A DNA stretch of 64,000 bases from NCBI GenBank assembly GCA_044229975.1, contig JBGARZ010000002.1, positions 960,001 to 1,024,000 on the forward strand, given 5' to 3'. A program made the position numbers and the translations under genes. Positions 38,953 to 48,842 of this stretch are shown piece by piece; the first letter of the stretch is position 1, and each line of letters begins with the position of its first letter. Origin of the DNA: Polyangiales bacterium. Lineage in GTDB: Bacteria > Myxococcota_A > Polyangia > Polyangiales > Ga0077539. The notes under the pieces were generated by a model. It saw nothing but the letters and a program-made list of their open reading frames with translations, was not told the origin of the DNA and searched no databases.

Positions 38953-40458
38953 CTACTCCGGCACGACCTCACCGCGTTCGGTCTTCTCTTCGCGGTCGAG
39001 CTCGATGACCTGGAGGAAGGGGTGCGCGACCCCGGGGTCGAACTGACTCCCGGCGCAGCGCTCGACCTCGTTGATGGCCACGTCGTGCGGGAGGGCGCGG
39101 CGGTAGCTGCGGTCGCTGGTCATGGCGTCGTAGGTGTCGGCCACGGAGATGATGCGCGCGATGACCGGGATGGCGTCACCCTTCAGCCCGAGGGGGTAGC
39201 CCTTGCCGTCCCAGCGCTCGTGGTGGAGGTGAACGCCCGGCAGCAGCGGGTGGAGAAACTTGATCGGCTCAAGGATCTCGCGGCCGAAGCCCGGGTGCTT
39301 CTTGAAGATCTCGTACTCCTCCGGGGTGAGCCTTCCCGGGCGGTTGAGGTTGAGCACGCAGCCGATCTTGCCGATGTCGTGCATCAGCGCGGCCTGCCGC
39401 ACGGTCTCCACCTGGTCGGGCGACAGCTTGAGCCGCGCGGCCAGCACCTTCGAGTAGTACGCGACGCGGTCGGAGTGTCCGGCGGTGTAGCGGTCCATCG
39501 TGTCGATGGCGCGCGCGAGCCCCTGGATGGTCTGGTTGAAGGTCGCCTTGAGGTTTTCGTAGAGCCGCGCGTTTTCGATGGCCGCCGCGGCGCGCGACCC
39601 CACCGCCGAGAGCAGCTTGCGCTGGCCCTCGTCGAAGCGCCGACCGCGCTGGAAGCCGACCGCCACGAGGAAGCCCATGATCTTGCCGCGGATGCGCAGC
39701 GGCACCGCCATGAGGGCCTGGGCGACGTGCTGATCGGAGGGATGGATGAGGAAGCGGCGGACGCGCGCGCCGGCGAGGTTGAGCACCGGCTCGTGGGCGA
39801 AGTGTTCGGAGAGCGTGGGGATGTCGCAGCCGAGCTCACCCTCGTGGCCCGTGAGGTCGGCGATGAAGCGCGGGCTCTGCTGCCGGAAGCGCTCGACGAC
39901 GCCGGTCTCCTCGTCGCCCATGTACACGAGCGCGAGGTCGGCCTGCACGTCGTCGAGGGCGGCGGCCGCCACGGTGGAGAGCACCTCGTCGAGCGAGAGC
40001 GACGCGGCGATGGCCTCGCTGACCTTGTAGAGCGACACGGCCTCGCGGAGGCGGAGGTTTTCCGCGGTGAGGCGCTTCTTCTCCAGGCCGCGCTGGATGA
40101 TGTGCACCACCTCCTCGATGCGAAACGGCTTCATCACGTAGTCGTACGCGCCGTGCCGCATGGCATCGATGGCGGTCTCCACCGTGCCGAAGCCCGTCAT
40201 GATGATGGTGACGATGCCCGGGTACGTCCGGTTGAGCTCGTTGAGCAGCTCGAGACCGCCCATGCCCGGCATCTTCAGGTCGGAGATGACGAGGTCGTAG
40301 GCGTTGCCTTCGAGCTCCTTGAGCGCGGTCTGGCCGTCGTCGGCGGTTCGTACCTCAAAGCCTTCGAGTGAGAGGAAGTCCGCGAGGATCTCCCGGATGA
40401 CTTTTTCGTCATCCACCACAAGCACTCGAGGCGCCGCGTCGAAGAAGGCGTCCTCCAT
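38953..40458 (-). CDS. Response regulator REC-GAF-HD-GYP cyclic dinucleotide phosphodiesterase
   Basis: VLVVDDE..SDLKMP..KPF receiver; GAF-like MAVPL..AIENARL; HSDRV, HDIGK, HHERWDGKGYP. Confidence 0.92.
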   Translation of the reverse strand: MEDAFFDAAPRVLVVDDEKVIREILADFLSLEGFEVRTADDGQTALKELEGNAYDLVISDLKMPGMGGLELLNELNRTYPGIVTIIMTGFGTVETAIDAMRHGAYDYVMKPFRIEEVVHIIQRGLEKKRLTAENLRLREAVSLYKVSEAIAASLSLDEVLSTVAAAALDDVQADLALVYMGDEETGVVERFRQQSPRFIADLTGHEGELGCDIPTLSEHFAHEPVLNLAGARVRRFLIHPSDQHVAQALMAVPLRIRGKIMGFLVAVGFQRGRRFDEGQRKLLSAVGSRAAAAIENARLYENLKATFNQTIQGLARAIDTMDRYTAGHSDRVAYYSKVLAARLKLSPDQVETVRQAALMHDIGKIGCVLNLNRPGRLTPEEYEIFKKHPGFGREILEPIKFLHPLLPGVHLHHERWDGKGYPLGLKGDAIPVIARIISVADTYDAMTSDRSYRRALPHDVAINEVERCAGSQFDPGVAHPFLQVIELDREEKTERGEVVPE

Positions 40459-40561
40459 CGCGACGAGAGACTGAAGGTTGCCGCCCGCCCCGTCAATCGT
40501 CTCCGCGCCTCGTCGGGTTGCACCCCGCCGTGCTCAGGTGCTAGCGCCGCTCTCGCACTCC

Positions 40562-41167
40562 ATGGCGACCGCCCGCACCACCGCCGCGCTCATGGTCTAC
40601 GCGGGGTTTTCGCTCGCCGCGATCACGTGGCGCCACGCCGTCGGCGGCAGCGCGCTGCACGACGGAGCCCCCCTCGGCGGAACCCACGCCATCGCCCTCC
40701 CCCTCGCCCTCTCCTTCGGCGCCTTGAGCGGCGTCGCGGTGGTGGGCGTCACACGGCAGCTCGTCGCCCGCGCCCGCTGGGCCTCCGCGCTCGAGTCCGC
40801 CCTGCGCGACGGCCTCGCGGGAGCACCCGCGAGCGAGCTGCGCGCCCTCTGCCTCGCCGCCGCCGTCGGCGAAGAACTCCTCTTCCGCGGCGCCCTCCTC
40901 CCGTCGCTCACGGCGTGGAGCAGCTTCCCCGTCGCGGCCCTCGTGACCTCCGTCGTCTTCGGGCTCCTGCACGTGCCGGCCAACCGCGCGCTGCGGTCGT
41001 GGACGGCCAGCGCCGTGGTGATGGGCCTCGTCTTCGCGTTGCTCTACCGGCTCACCGGCGAGGTGCTCGCGCCCCTCACCGCGCACGCCGTCGTCAACCT
41101 GGAGAACCTCGACCAGCTCCTGCGCCCGGCGCCTGACCCAGCCGCTCGGCCGGGCCCTCGTCCGTAG
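40562..41167 (+). CDS. CPBP (CAAX/Abi) family intramembrane metalloprotease
   Basis: EELLFRG, FGLLH, HAVVN. Confidence 0.88.
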   Translation: MATARTTAALMVYAGFSLAAITWRHAVGGSALHDGAPLGGTHAIALPLALSFGALSGVAVVGVTRQLVARARWASALESALRDGLAGAPASELRALCLAAAVGEELLFRGALLPSLTAWSSFPVAALVTSVVFGLLHVPANRALRSWTASAVVMGLVFALLYRLTGEVLAPLTAHAVVNLENLDQLLRPAPDPAARPGPRP

Positions 41168-42701
41168 ACCGCGGAGGCACCGGCGGCGTGCGCGGCCCGG
41201 TCGGCGCGGCGGGCGTCGGGAGGATGTAGGGCTCGGCGTTGAAGGTTCCGCACTGGCGGTGGTCGCGGTGGAAGCCCCAGCGCACGTACACCCGCCCGTC
41301 GTACGAGCGGATCGCCGCGGGCGCTTCGCCGAAGGGCGCCGAGCGGCGAACAGCACCGAGCGCGCCGACGTCGAAGGCCAGCACGCCGCTCGGGTGCGCG
41401 ACGCCGACGGAGTGGATCGCCCCGGTGCCCTCCAGGACGATCTCCAGCGTCGTCACGAGCTGGTCGTTTTGAAGGGCGGGGGACGACGGGATGTTGGCGA
41501 TGAAGCCGTCCGCGAAGAGGCGATGGATGCGGCGGTGCATCGCCGTGAGGTAGGCCGCGAAGGGCGACGCCGCCGCGCGCAGCGCTGTCTGGTTGCCGAT
41601 GCGGACGTGCGGGACGAAGTTTTCGATCGCCGACCGAGTGTCCTGCCAGCCGTCGGTGTAGCTGCCGCGCGCTTCGGAGCGACGACGGCGGGCCTCGTCG
41701 GCCTCACGCTCCATACGAGCGTCGCCGATGATGGAGGCGTAGCTGTTCCAGGTAGGGAGCGTGGCTGCGAGCGCGCGGCTCGCGCCGAGGCCGCGCAACC
41801 CCGCCAGGCCGCCCGCGTTGTTGCTGGTCGCGCCGCCGCCGTTCTGCCCGTTGCTTCCCTGCGCACCGCTCGCGACCGCCATCGTCCCGGCGCCCGGAAC
41901 GGGGTCGCCCGTGGCGCCCGCGCGACCCACGGCGCCCGTGGTCGTAGAGGCACCGCCGGTGCCGGGAGCGCGCGTGCCCTGCGCGGGGGTGGGGTTGGGC
42001 CGCACCGCTGCGGCAGCGACGTGGGACTCGTCGCGCGGGTGCTGGTTGGGCACCCGATCGCTGCGCCCCTCGTGGTTGTCGAGGTCGGCGCTGACCTGAT
42101 CGCGGTTGCGACCGGGGTTGGTCGGATCGGTTCGATCGCGCGGGCCTCCGCTGCGCGGGTTGGCCTGGTCGCGCACGAGGTTGCGCTGGGCGGCCTGCGT
42201 CTCCTCCTCGACGTTGCGGTTGGCCTGCGCGAGGAAGTGGGGGTCGGTGGGGACCGGCTCCTCGGCGGCGTTGTTCTGATCGACGAAGTGGTGCTCGCCG
42301 CGCGGCACGACGACCGGGACCACCGGCGTCGCAACGACCGGGGGCGGCGGAGGCGGCGGAGGCGCGGGCGGAGGATCGGGCTCGCGTCGTGGGGGCGGGC
42401 GACGATCGCGCTCGCGCGGCGGGCGGCGATGGGTCGACGTCGGCGTCGGGGTGGTGGTTGGCGTGGGCGAGGCCGTCGGGTCGAGCGACGGCACGACCGG
42501 AGGCGGAGGCGGCGTGGGCCCGAGCTCGAACTCCACCTCGGACACGCTGTTGGAGCCAGCGCCGGCCTGCGCGAGGAGGCGCCGCTCGTCGCCACCGAGC
42601 CGGTCGGCGATGGCCTTCGTCCCGCCCGCCAGGAACATGTGCAGCAGCACAGAAGCGCTGATCCACAAGTAGATGGGGATCAGGTATTCGCGCGGCCGCA
42701 T
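41094..42701 (-). CDS. TonB-like protein (TM anchor, Pro-rich linker, TonB-C-like domain)
   Basis: SVLLH TM motif, poly-Pro linker, C-terminal SGVLAFDVGALGAVRRSAPF. Confidence 0.75.
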   Translation of the reverse strand: MRPREYLIPIYLWISASVLLHMFLAGGTKAIADRLGGDERRLLAQAGAGSNSVSEVEFELGPTPPPPPVVPSLDPTASPTPTTTPTPTSTHRRPPRERDRRPPPRREPDPPPAPPPPPPPPVVATPVVPVVVPRGEHHFVDQNNAAEEPVPTDPHFLAQANRNVEEETQAAQRNLVRDQANPRSGGPRDRTDPTNPGRNRDQVSADLDNHEGRSDRVPNQHPRDESHVAAAAVRPNPTPAQGTRAPGTGGASTTTGAVGRAGATGDPVPGAGTMAVASGAQGSNGQNGGGATSNNAGGLAGLRGLGASRALAATLPTWNSYASIIGDARMEREADEARRRRSEARGSYTDGWQDTRSAIENFVPHVRIGNQTALRAAASPFAAYLTAMHRRIHRLFADGFIANIPSSPALQNDQLVTTLEIVLEGTGAIHSVGVAHPSGVLAFDVGALGAVRRSAPFGEAPAAIRSYDGRVYVRWGFHRDHRQCGTFNAEPYILPTPAAPTGPRTPPVPPRSTDEGPAERLGQAPGAGAGRGSPG

Positions 42702-42758
42702 GGCTGTCCGTACCACCCGTGCGAAACGCGGGCAACGCGAAGGGCGCGCCGCACGGGG

Positions 42759-43430
42759 TCAGTCGGCGTCGTCGTCGATGGCAGGCAGGGCGTGCACGCC
42801 GGACTCGTAGCTGCCGGGCGAGAGCGCCTTCCAGCGCTCGCGCCAGCGCGACGGGAGGTGGACGATGACCTCCAGGCGCAGCCCCGCGATGGCGTCGGCC
42901 ACGGCGTCGCGACGGCCCTCCAGCGAGGCCATCGCGCGCACGTCGCTCACGTAGCGGGTGAAGCTGGGAAACGACCCGCCGAGACCCGCCACGAGGTCGT
43001 CGCGCAGCCGTCGGAGCAGGCCCGGCGCGCTGCCGCCCGACCCGAGCGCGATGACCAGCTCGCCCACGTCGGCGACCGCGAGGTTGGTGAACGTGCACCA
43101 CCGCGGCTGGTCGATGGTGCAGAGCAGAAACCCGTCCTTCAGCGAGCGCCGGTGCAGCTCCTCGCAGAGCACCTCGTCGCGCACGGCGCACATCACCAGG
43201 ATCGGGCCCTCTTCGAGGTCGCCGTTGATGAGCTCCCTCGCCTCCCACATGGCGCGCGCCCCGTAGGACTCGATGACGGAGGCCAGCGCCGGGATCACCG
43301 TAGGCGACACGACCTTCACCCGCGCCCCGGCCGCGAGGAGCCGTCGGGTCTTGTCGAAGGCCTCGCGGTCGCCGCCCACCACGAAGCAGAGGCGGTCTTC
43401 CACCACGAGCCCGACGGGAAAGGTCTTCAT
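42759..43430 (-). CDS. Precorrin-2 dehydrogenase/sirohydrochlorin ferrochelatase family (CysG N-terminal/SirC-like)
   Basis: FPVGL, VVGG, LLAAGARVKVVSP, IDQPRWCTF, GSGGSAP; GGAG RBS. Confidence 0.8.
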   Translation of the reverse strand: MKTFPVGLVVEDRLCFVVGGDREAFDKTRRLLAAGARVKVVSPTVIPALASVIESYGARAMWEARELINGDLEEGPILVMCAVRDEVLCEELHRRSLKDGFLLCTIDQPRWCTFTNLAVADVGELVIALGSGGSAPGLLRRLRDDLVAGLGGSFPSFTRYVSDVRAMASLEGRRDAVADAIAGLRLEVIVHLPSRWRERWKALSPGSYESGVHALPAIDDDAD

Positions 43431-43554
43431 GAAACTCCCGCCAGCCTATCGCACGTGGCCCCACGGTTGGGGGCTTTCATCGCCGTGGTGGCAGCCACAG
43501 AAACGTCGTATGAGTTCGCCATCCCGCGGCGCCCAGGCGGCACCGACCCGTCTC

Positions 43555-44670
43555 ATGAATCTCACCGACCTCCCGGAAGACCTGTCGCGGACCCTCACTC
43601 GCTTCCACGCCGGGCGCGTTCCCACCGAGGTGTCGCGCCAACGCTTGCAGGCCGCCGGTGCCGCCCCCGAGTCGTTGCATCTCATCGTCGGAGACGTTGG
43701 GCCGCCGCCGCTCGACTGCGCCCAACGCGCACCGGAGCCGGGCAGTCCCGAGGCGCTCGCGCTCGCGGCCGAAGGCGCGGCGGCCATCGAGCGGGGCGAG
43801 CTCGCGGTGGTGGTGCTCGCGGGCGGAATGGCCACGCGCTTCGGCTCGGTGGTGAAGGCCCTGGCGCCGCTGGGCACGCCCGGCGGAGAGCGCTTCCTCG
43901 ACGTGAAGCTCGCTGACGTGGCGCGATGGAAGGGGCGTGTTCCGGCCGCGCTCATGACCAGCTTCGCGACGCACGACCTCATCGCCCAGTCCCTCGACGA
44001 CGCGCCCCCGCCCGCCGACGCAGCGGTCTCGCTGGTGCCGCAGTTCGTGTCGCTGCGCTTTACACCCGATGGGGGATTGTTTCTGACCGAAGACGGCGTC
44101 CCCTCGGCGCACTCCACGGGTCACGGCGACCTGCCCGACGCGCTCGCGGCAGCGGGTACGCTTGCCGCGTGGCGGGCCGCGGGCGTTCGTACGGTGCTCA
44201 TCTCCAACGTCGACAACCTGGGCGCCACCATCGACCCGACGCTCTTCGCGATGCACCGCAAGGGCAGCTCGGAGGTGACCGTCGAGCTCGTCGAGAAGCG
44301 CGCCGGTGACCGCGGCGGACTGCCGGTGCTGCGCGACGGGCGGCTGGTGCTGGCGGAGACCTTTCGCCTGCCCGAGGACTTCCCCGATCAGGATTTCCCG
44401 CTGTTCAACACCAACACGCTCTGGGTCGACCTCGACGCCCTGGAGGGTGAGCACCCGTGGACATGGTGCGTCGCGCGCAAGAAGGTCGAAGGGCGTGACG
44501 CCATCCAGTTCGAGCGCCTCATCGGTGAGCTCACCTGGTGGCACGAGACGCGGTACCTGCACGTCACGCGCGATGGGGCGCGCTCGCGCTTCCTGCCGAT
44601 CAAGGAGTTCGACGACCTCGCGCGGCACCACGACGCGCTCGTCGCGATGATCACCGCGCAGCGCGCGTAG
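43555..44670 (+). CDS. UDPGP-family UTP--sugar-1-phosphate uridylyltransferase
   Basis: LAGGMATRFG..VK, GHGD, SNVDNL, FNTNTLW, QFE, RFLPIK. Confidence 0.87.
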   Translation: MNLTDLPEDLSRTLTRFHAGRVPTEVSRQRLQAAGAAPESLHLIVGDVGPPPLDCAQRAPEPGSPEALALAAEGAAAIERGELAVVVLAGGMATRFGSVVKALAPLGTPGGERFLDVKLADVARWKGRVPAALMTSFATHDLIAQSLDDAPPPADAAVSLVPQFVSLRFTPDGGLFLTEDGVPSAHSTGHGDLPDALAAAGTLAAWRAAGVRTVLISNVDNLGATIDPTLFAMHRKGSSEVTVELVEKRAGDRGGLPVLRDGRLVLAETFRLPEDFPDQDFPLFNTNTLWVDLDALEGEHPWTWCVARKKVEGRDAIQFERLIGELTWWHETRYLHVTRDGARSRFLPIKEFDDLARHHDALVAMITAQRA

Positions 44671-44675
44671 GAGAC

Positions 44676-45308
44676 CTACGCCGCGGGGCGCACGAGCGAG
44701 CGGTACCCCGCCACCACCAGCAGCGCGGCCAGCAACGGCGTCAGAAATGCGCTCCACAAGCCCTCGAAGCCCGGCGTCGGCCGCACCACCTGGGCCTGAA
44801 ACATCAGCCCGCCCGCCGTCGCGATCAGCCCCGCAGCCGACCACGCGAGCGTCGCCTGACGCGCCCAGCCCGCGCCACGCGACCACGCCCACGCGAGCGC
44901 GATCGCCGTGAGCGCAAGCCCGACGTCCGCCGCACCGAGCACGCGCCCGTAGGAGTTGGGCAACCAGCCGCCATGCACCGCGAGCACCCGCGCGCTGCCG
45001 ACGAAGCGGAGCGTCTGTAGCGCCACCAGAGCCGTCATCGACACGCCGAGCCACGCGCGTCGCAGTGGGGCGACGCCGAGCCAGAGCGCCACCATCACCG
45101 CGAACGCGACGGGCGCCACCGCGACGTGACTGGAGCCCGACGACGCGGTCGCCACCGACACCACGAGCCATGCGAGGAGCAGCACGGACAGGGCAGCCGT
45201 GAGCCCGGCGCCCTTGGTTCCACGAGCGAAGGTCGGCACCACGAGCAGGCCCGCGGTCACCGAGGCGCCCATCACGAGGGCGAAGAGGATGCGATCGAGG
45301 TTCTCCAC
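44676..45308 (-). CDS. Hypothetical membrane protein
   Basis: About 6 TM segments; LQTLRFVG motif. Confidence 0.6.
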   Translation of the reverse strand: MENLDRILFALVMGASVTAGLLVVPTFARGTKGAGLTAALSVLLLAWLVVSVATASSGSSHVAVAPVAFAVMVALWLGVAPLRRAWLGVSMTALVALQTLRFVGSARVLAVHGGWLPNSYGRVLGAADVGLALTAIALAWAWSRGAGWARQATLAWSAAGLIATAGGLMFQAQVVRPTPGFEGLWSAFLTPLLAALLVVAGYRSLVRPAA

Positions 45309-45391
45309 GGCGCGGAGACATAGTGGCCAACGCCCCGGCGCCGCAACGACCCGTTCGGCGAACGCGGCACTTGGGGTACTGTCCGCGCCCT

Positions 45392-46330
45392 ATGGTGGAG
45401 CGAACGTTCACGCTGAAGGCGACCGACGGCACCGAGGTCTTCGTCTACGCATGGCTGCCCGATGGAGAGGTGCGGGCGTCGTTGCAGGTCGTTCATGGCC
45501 TCGCCGAGCACGCCGGGCGCTATCGCCGCTTCGCCGAAGCGTGCGCCGCGCGCGGCATCGCCGTGTACGCCGACGACCACCGCGGACACGGTCACACCGC
45601 CACCGCGAGCACCCTCGGGTTCTTCGCGGCCGACCACGGCTGGCGCACCGTGCTCGATGATCTCTACCGCCTCGGCGATCACATCACCCGCGAGCACCCC
45701 AAGGCTCCGAAGGTGCTCTTCGGGCACAGCATGGGGTCGTTTCTTTCGCAGCAGATGATGTTCGAGCGGGGCGATCAGTTTGCGGGCGTGGTGCTCTCGG
45801 GCTGCGCCTGCGGCACGAGCAATCCCCTCGCCCCGGTGGGTCGCCTCGTGGCTCGCGTCGAGCGCGCCCGCGTCGGCGCGACGAAGCCCTCGCCCGTGCT
45901 CACCCGCATGAGCTTCGGCGACTACAACAAGGCCTTCGCGCCCAACCGCACCGAGTTCGACTGGCTCTCGCGCGACCCCGCCGAGGTCGACAAGTACATC
46001 GCCGACGACCGCTGCGGCTTCGAGGCGAGCACCCAGCTCTGGGTCGACCTGCTCGGCGCGCTCCCCGCCCTCGGCGACGCCTCCAACCTCGCCCACCTCC
46101 CGAAGGACCTCCCGGTCTACCTCACCGTCGGAGAGCGCGATCCGCTGCACCGCAAGCTCAAGGACTTCCATCCGCTCGTCGCGGGCTACGAGCGCGCGGG
46201 CATGCGCAACGTGACCGTGCGGGTGTGGTCCGACGCGCGCCATGAGCTTCTCAACGAGACCAACCGCGACGAGATCACCGAGGCGATCCTGCACTGGGTC
46301 GATCGCATCGCGCTCAAGAGCGGCGCGTGA
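45392..46330 (+). CDS. Alpha/beta hydrolase (lysophospholipase-like)
   Basis: HGLAEH, DHRGHG, GHSMG, WLSRD, RHELLNE. Confidence 0.92.
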   Translation: MVERTFTLKATDGTEVFVYAWLPDGEVRASLQVVHGLAEHAGRYRRFAEACAARGIAVYADDHRGHGHTATASTLGFFAADHGWRTVLDDLYRLGDHITREHPKAPKVLFGHSMGSFLSQQMMFERGDQFAGVVLSGCACGTSNPLAPVGRLVARVERARVGATKPSPVLTRMSFGDYNKAFAPNRTEFDWLSRDPAEVDKYIADDRCGFEASTQLWVDLLGALPALGDASNLAHLPKDLPVYLTVGERDPLHRKLKDFHPLVAGYERAGMRNVTVRVWSDARHELLNETNRDEITEAILHWVDRIALKSGA

Positions 46331-46333
46331 GAC

Positions 46334-46762
46334 TCAGCCGCCGGGGGCGCTGAGGAAGCGGGCCTTCTCGGCGGGCGTCGCGATGCGGCAGGTGTCCTTG
46401 CGACCGAACCAGCGGTACCGGTTGCGCGCGATGAACTTGTAGACGCCGTCACGCACCACCCGCGGAACCCACCCGAAGGCGCCCACCAGGCTCCACGGAA
46501 ACGTCAGGTGGCGCGCGATGCGCAGCCCGGCATCGGAGCGCTCCCAGACCACACCATCCTCGACGAGGATCACCGAGTCGGGGTCGCCCTCGGGCAGCGC
46601 CACACCGTGCTTCGCGAGCAGCGCTCGACCCGCGTCGGACTGGAGCGACGCGAACTTCAACGTCGGCGTCTTCTCCCGCGTGAGGATGAAGTCCACCGCG
46701 CCATTGCAGAGGTTGCAGTGGCCATCGAACAGCATCACCGGGGGGTCGGCGGCGGCGGTCAT
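46334..46762 (-). CDS. DCC-family thiol-disulfide oxidoreductase
   Basis: FDGHCNLC, FASLQS, RDGVYKFIARNRYRWFG; start ATG 46762. Confidence 0.92.
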   Translation of the reverse strand: MTAAADPPVMLFDGHCNLCNGAVDFILTREKTPTLKFASLQSDAGRALLAKHGVALPEGDPDSVILVEDGVVWERSDAGLRIARHLTFPWSLVGAFGWVPRVVRDGVYKFIARNRYRWFGRKDTCRIATPAEKARFLSAPGG

Positions 46763-46775
46763 CGGGGAGACCGGC

Positions 46776-48701
46776 CTACCGCACGCAGGTGAGGGATGTG
46801 AGGTTGCAGGTGAGCGGGCGATCGCACTCGCCCGAGCCGTTGCGCGCCCGGCGGCAGCGAGCGCCTTCGGTGCCGGCGGCCCCGATGGGCTGGCAGCCGG
46901 CCTCGCAGCGCGTCCCCGGCGGGCAGCGCAGTCGATCGGCGCAGACACCCGCCGACGCATCGGCCGCCGCGGCGCACACGCCGCCGATGCAGCGGAAGCC
47001 GTTGTCGCAGGGAGCATCGGGGGCCCGACGGCAGACGCCGCCGTCGCGGCCGATGGGGCGACACGCGAGGCCGCCCGCCGCGACGGGAACACAGCGCGAG
47101 TCGGTGTCGCAGACGACGTTGGTGAGGAAGACGTTGCGCTGCGGGCACTGCCCGACGACGACGCACACGTGCTCACGGCAGGCCGTCCCGCGGATGCAAT
47201 CGACGTCGGTGGTGCAGCCGGTGGAGGGAGGGCTCACCTCGCAGCGGCCGACGTCGGAGGGGCAGGCGTAGCCGCCCGCGCAGGTCGCGCCGGTGCAGGT
47301 CTGCCCGGCGGCGATGGCCGGGACGCACGATCGGTTGAAGCAGCGCTGACCGTCGGGGCAGGCGTCGCCGCGCGACGTGCAGCGGCCCGTGGGAGGCGCC
47401 GCGCAGCGATTGTCGACGCAGGTGAGGCCGGCCTCGCACTCGGACTCGTCGGCACACGCTTCACCCGACGGCCGCGTGCGGCGGCAGGCGCCGGAGACGC
47501 AGCGGAGCCCGGTCGCGCAGGGGTAGATCTGGCCGGTGGTCGCGTCGCAGGGAGTGTTCTCCGAGCCCGCCGCGGTGCACAGGAGCTGGCGGGCCGCGTC
47601 TGGCGCGCACACCGCGAGCCCCGTGCAGAACGACTCGCTCGTGCACGTCATCCCCACGGGCGTCTGGGTGACGCAGATGAAGCGGGTGTTGACCTGACGA
47701 CAGGAGAGCGGGGCGTCGCAGGCGCCGCGCGGATCGGAGGGGTCACGGCACTCGCCGAGGGCGGTTCCGACCGCGACGCAGCGGCTCTCGCTCACCGGCG
47801 ACCGGACGACGCAGCTCGCGCCCGCCGCGCAGCCGCGGCTCTCACAGGACTCGCCGATGGCCGCGGGCGTGTCGCAGGTGTTGCCGAGCGCGAGGCAGCT
47901 GAGGCCCGTGTCGCAGTCGCGCAGCGGGCCGCGGCAGATGCCGGCGCGCGCGCCGCGGGGGACGCAGGTGGGGGCGGCGCCCGCCACCGAGACGCAGTCC
48001 GAGCGGGCGGGGCAGAGCTGGTCCCACTCCGTCGCGCCCGGGGTGCAGGCGCGGTTGTACGCGGACGCGCTCACCATGTTGGCCGAGACCCGCAGCGGCG
48101 GAACGGGGGTCACGCGGACGCCCGCGTTGCCGTAGTTGAAGCTCCAGGCGAGGGCGATCCACTGGGTGCCCGCCTCGACGCGAAACTCGAACTCCGAGCG
48201 CGTGTGGGAGGGATCGGTCTCGAAGGTCGCGACGGAGCACTCGCGGGCCGTGGCGCTCCACGAGCAGCTCTCCAGGCGACGGGCGGAGAGGTAGGCGCCC
48301 GCGAGCATCTCGGAGGCCCAGTCGGCCTGATCGCGCTCGACGCGCAGGCGCATGATGCCCGCGCGCGGGGCCGTCCACTGCACGACCACGGCGTTGTAGA
48401 CGGCGCCGCCGCACGTCGGGATGGGCGTGAGCTGCGCCGTGTCGGACGAGCGGGAGAACTCCACCCAGGCGACGTCTCCCTCCGGGGTCGCGATGCCCTC
48501 CGAGTCGAGGTTGACCCTGGGCGCGATGCCACAGCCACCCGCGTCGGCCACGTCGGACGTCGACGCCTCGGACGAGGCGGGCGCGTCGGCCGAGGCGTCG
48601 GCCCCGGCGTCGATGGCGCTCGGAGGCTTTGGCGTCGACGAACACGCCGCGACCGTCGCCAACACCGCCCAGACCAGACCCCACCCGACTCGCGTCACCA
48701 T
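46776..48701 (-). CDS. Large Cys-rich lipoprotein
   Basis: MVTRVGWGLVWAVLATVAAC lipoprotein signal, DAG linker, a ~170-aa beta-rich domain, then many short G..C....C..G..C modules. Confidence 0.78.
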   Translation of the reverse strand: MVTRVGWGLVWAVLATVAACSSTPKPPSAIDAGADASADAPASSEASTSDVADAGGCGIAPRVNLDSEGIATPEGDVAWVEFSRSSDTAQLTPIPTCGGAVYNAVVVQWTAPRAGIMRLRVERDQADWASEMLAGAYLSARRLESCSWSATARECSVATFETDPSHTRSEFEFRVEAGTQWIALAWSFNYGNAGVRVTPVPPLRVSANMVSASAYNRACTPGATEWDQLCPARSDCVSVAGAAPTCVPRGARAGICRGPLRDCDTGLSCLALGNTCDTPAAIGESCESRGCAAGASCVVRSPVSESRCVAVGTALGECRDPSDPRGACDAPLSCRQVNTRFICVTQTPVGMTCTSESFCTGLAVCAPDAARQLLCTAAGSENTPCDATTGQIYPCATGLRCVSGACRRTRPSGEACADESECEAGLTCVDNRCAAPPTGRCTSRGDACPDGQRCFNRSCVPAIAAGQTCTGATCAGGYACPSDVGRCEVSPPSTGCTTDVDCIRGTACREHVCVVVGQCPQRNVFLTNVVCDTDSRCVPVAAGGLACRPIGRDGGVCRRAPDAPCDNGFRCIGGVCAAAADASAGVCADRLRCPPGTRCEAGCQPIGAAGTEGARCRRARNGSGECDRPLTCNLTSLTCVR

Positions 48702-48842
48702 GTGAGCGATCGTGCCGTCTCTGCTTCGCCGGGGCAATCCGCGAGTGAGCCCCGCTGACCGGCAACCCCACGGGGACGGCTCCGCACTTCCGCCGGTGTG
48801 CCCTGTCACGCTAGGGTGCTCGGTGAGAGCGGCGCACCACCC

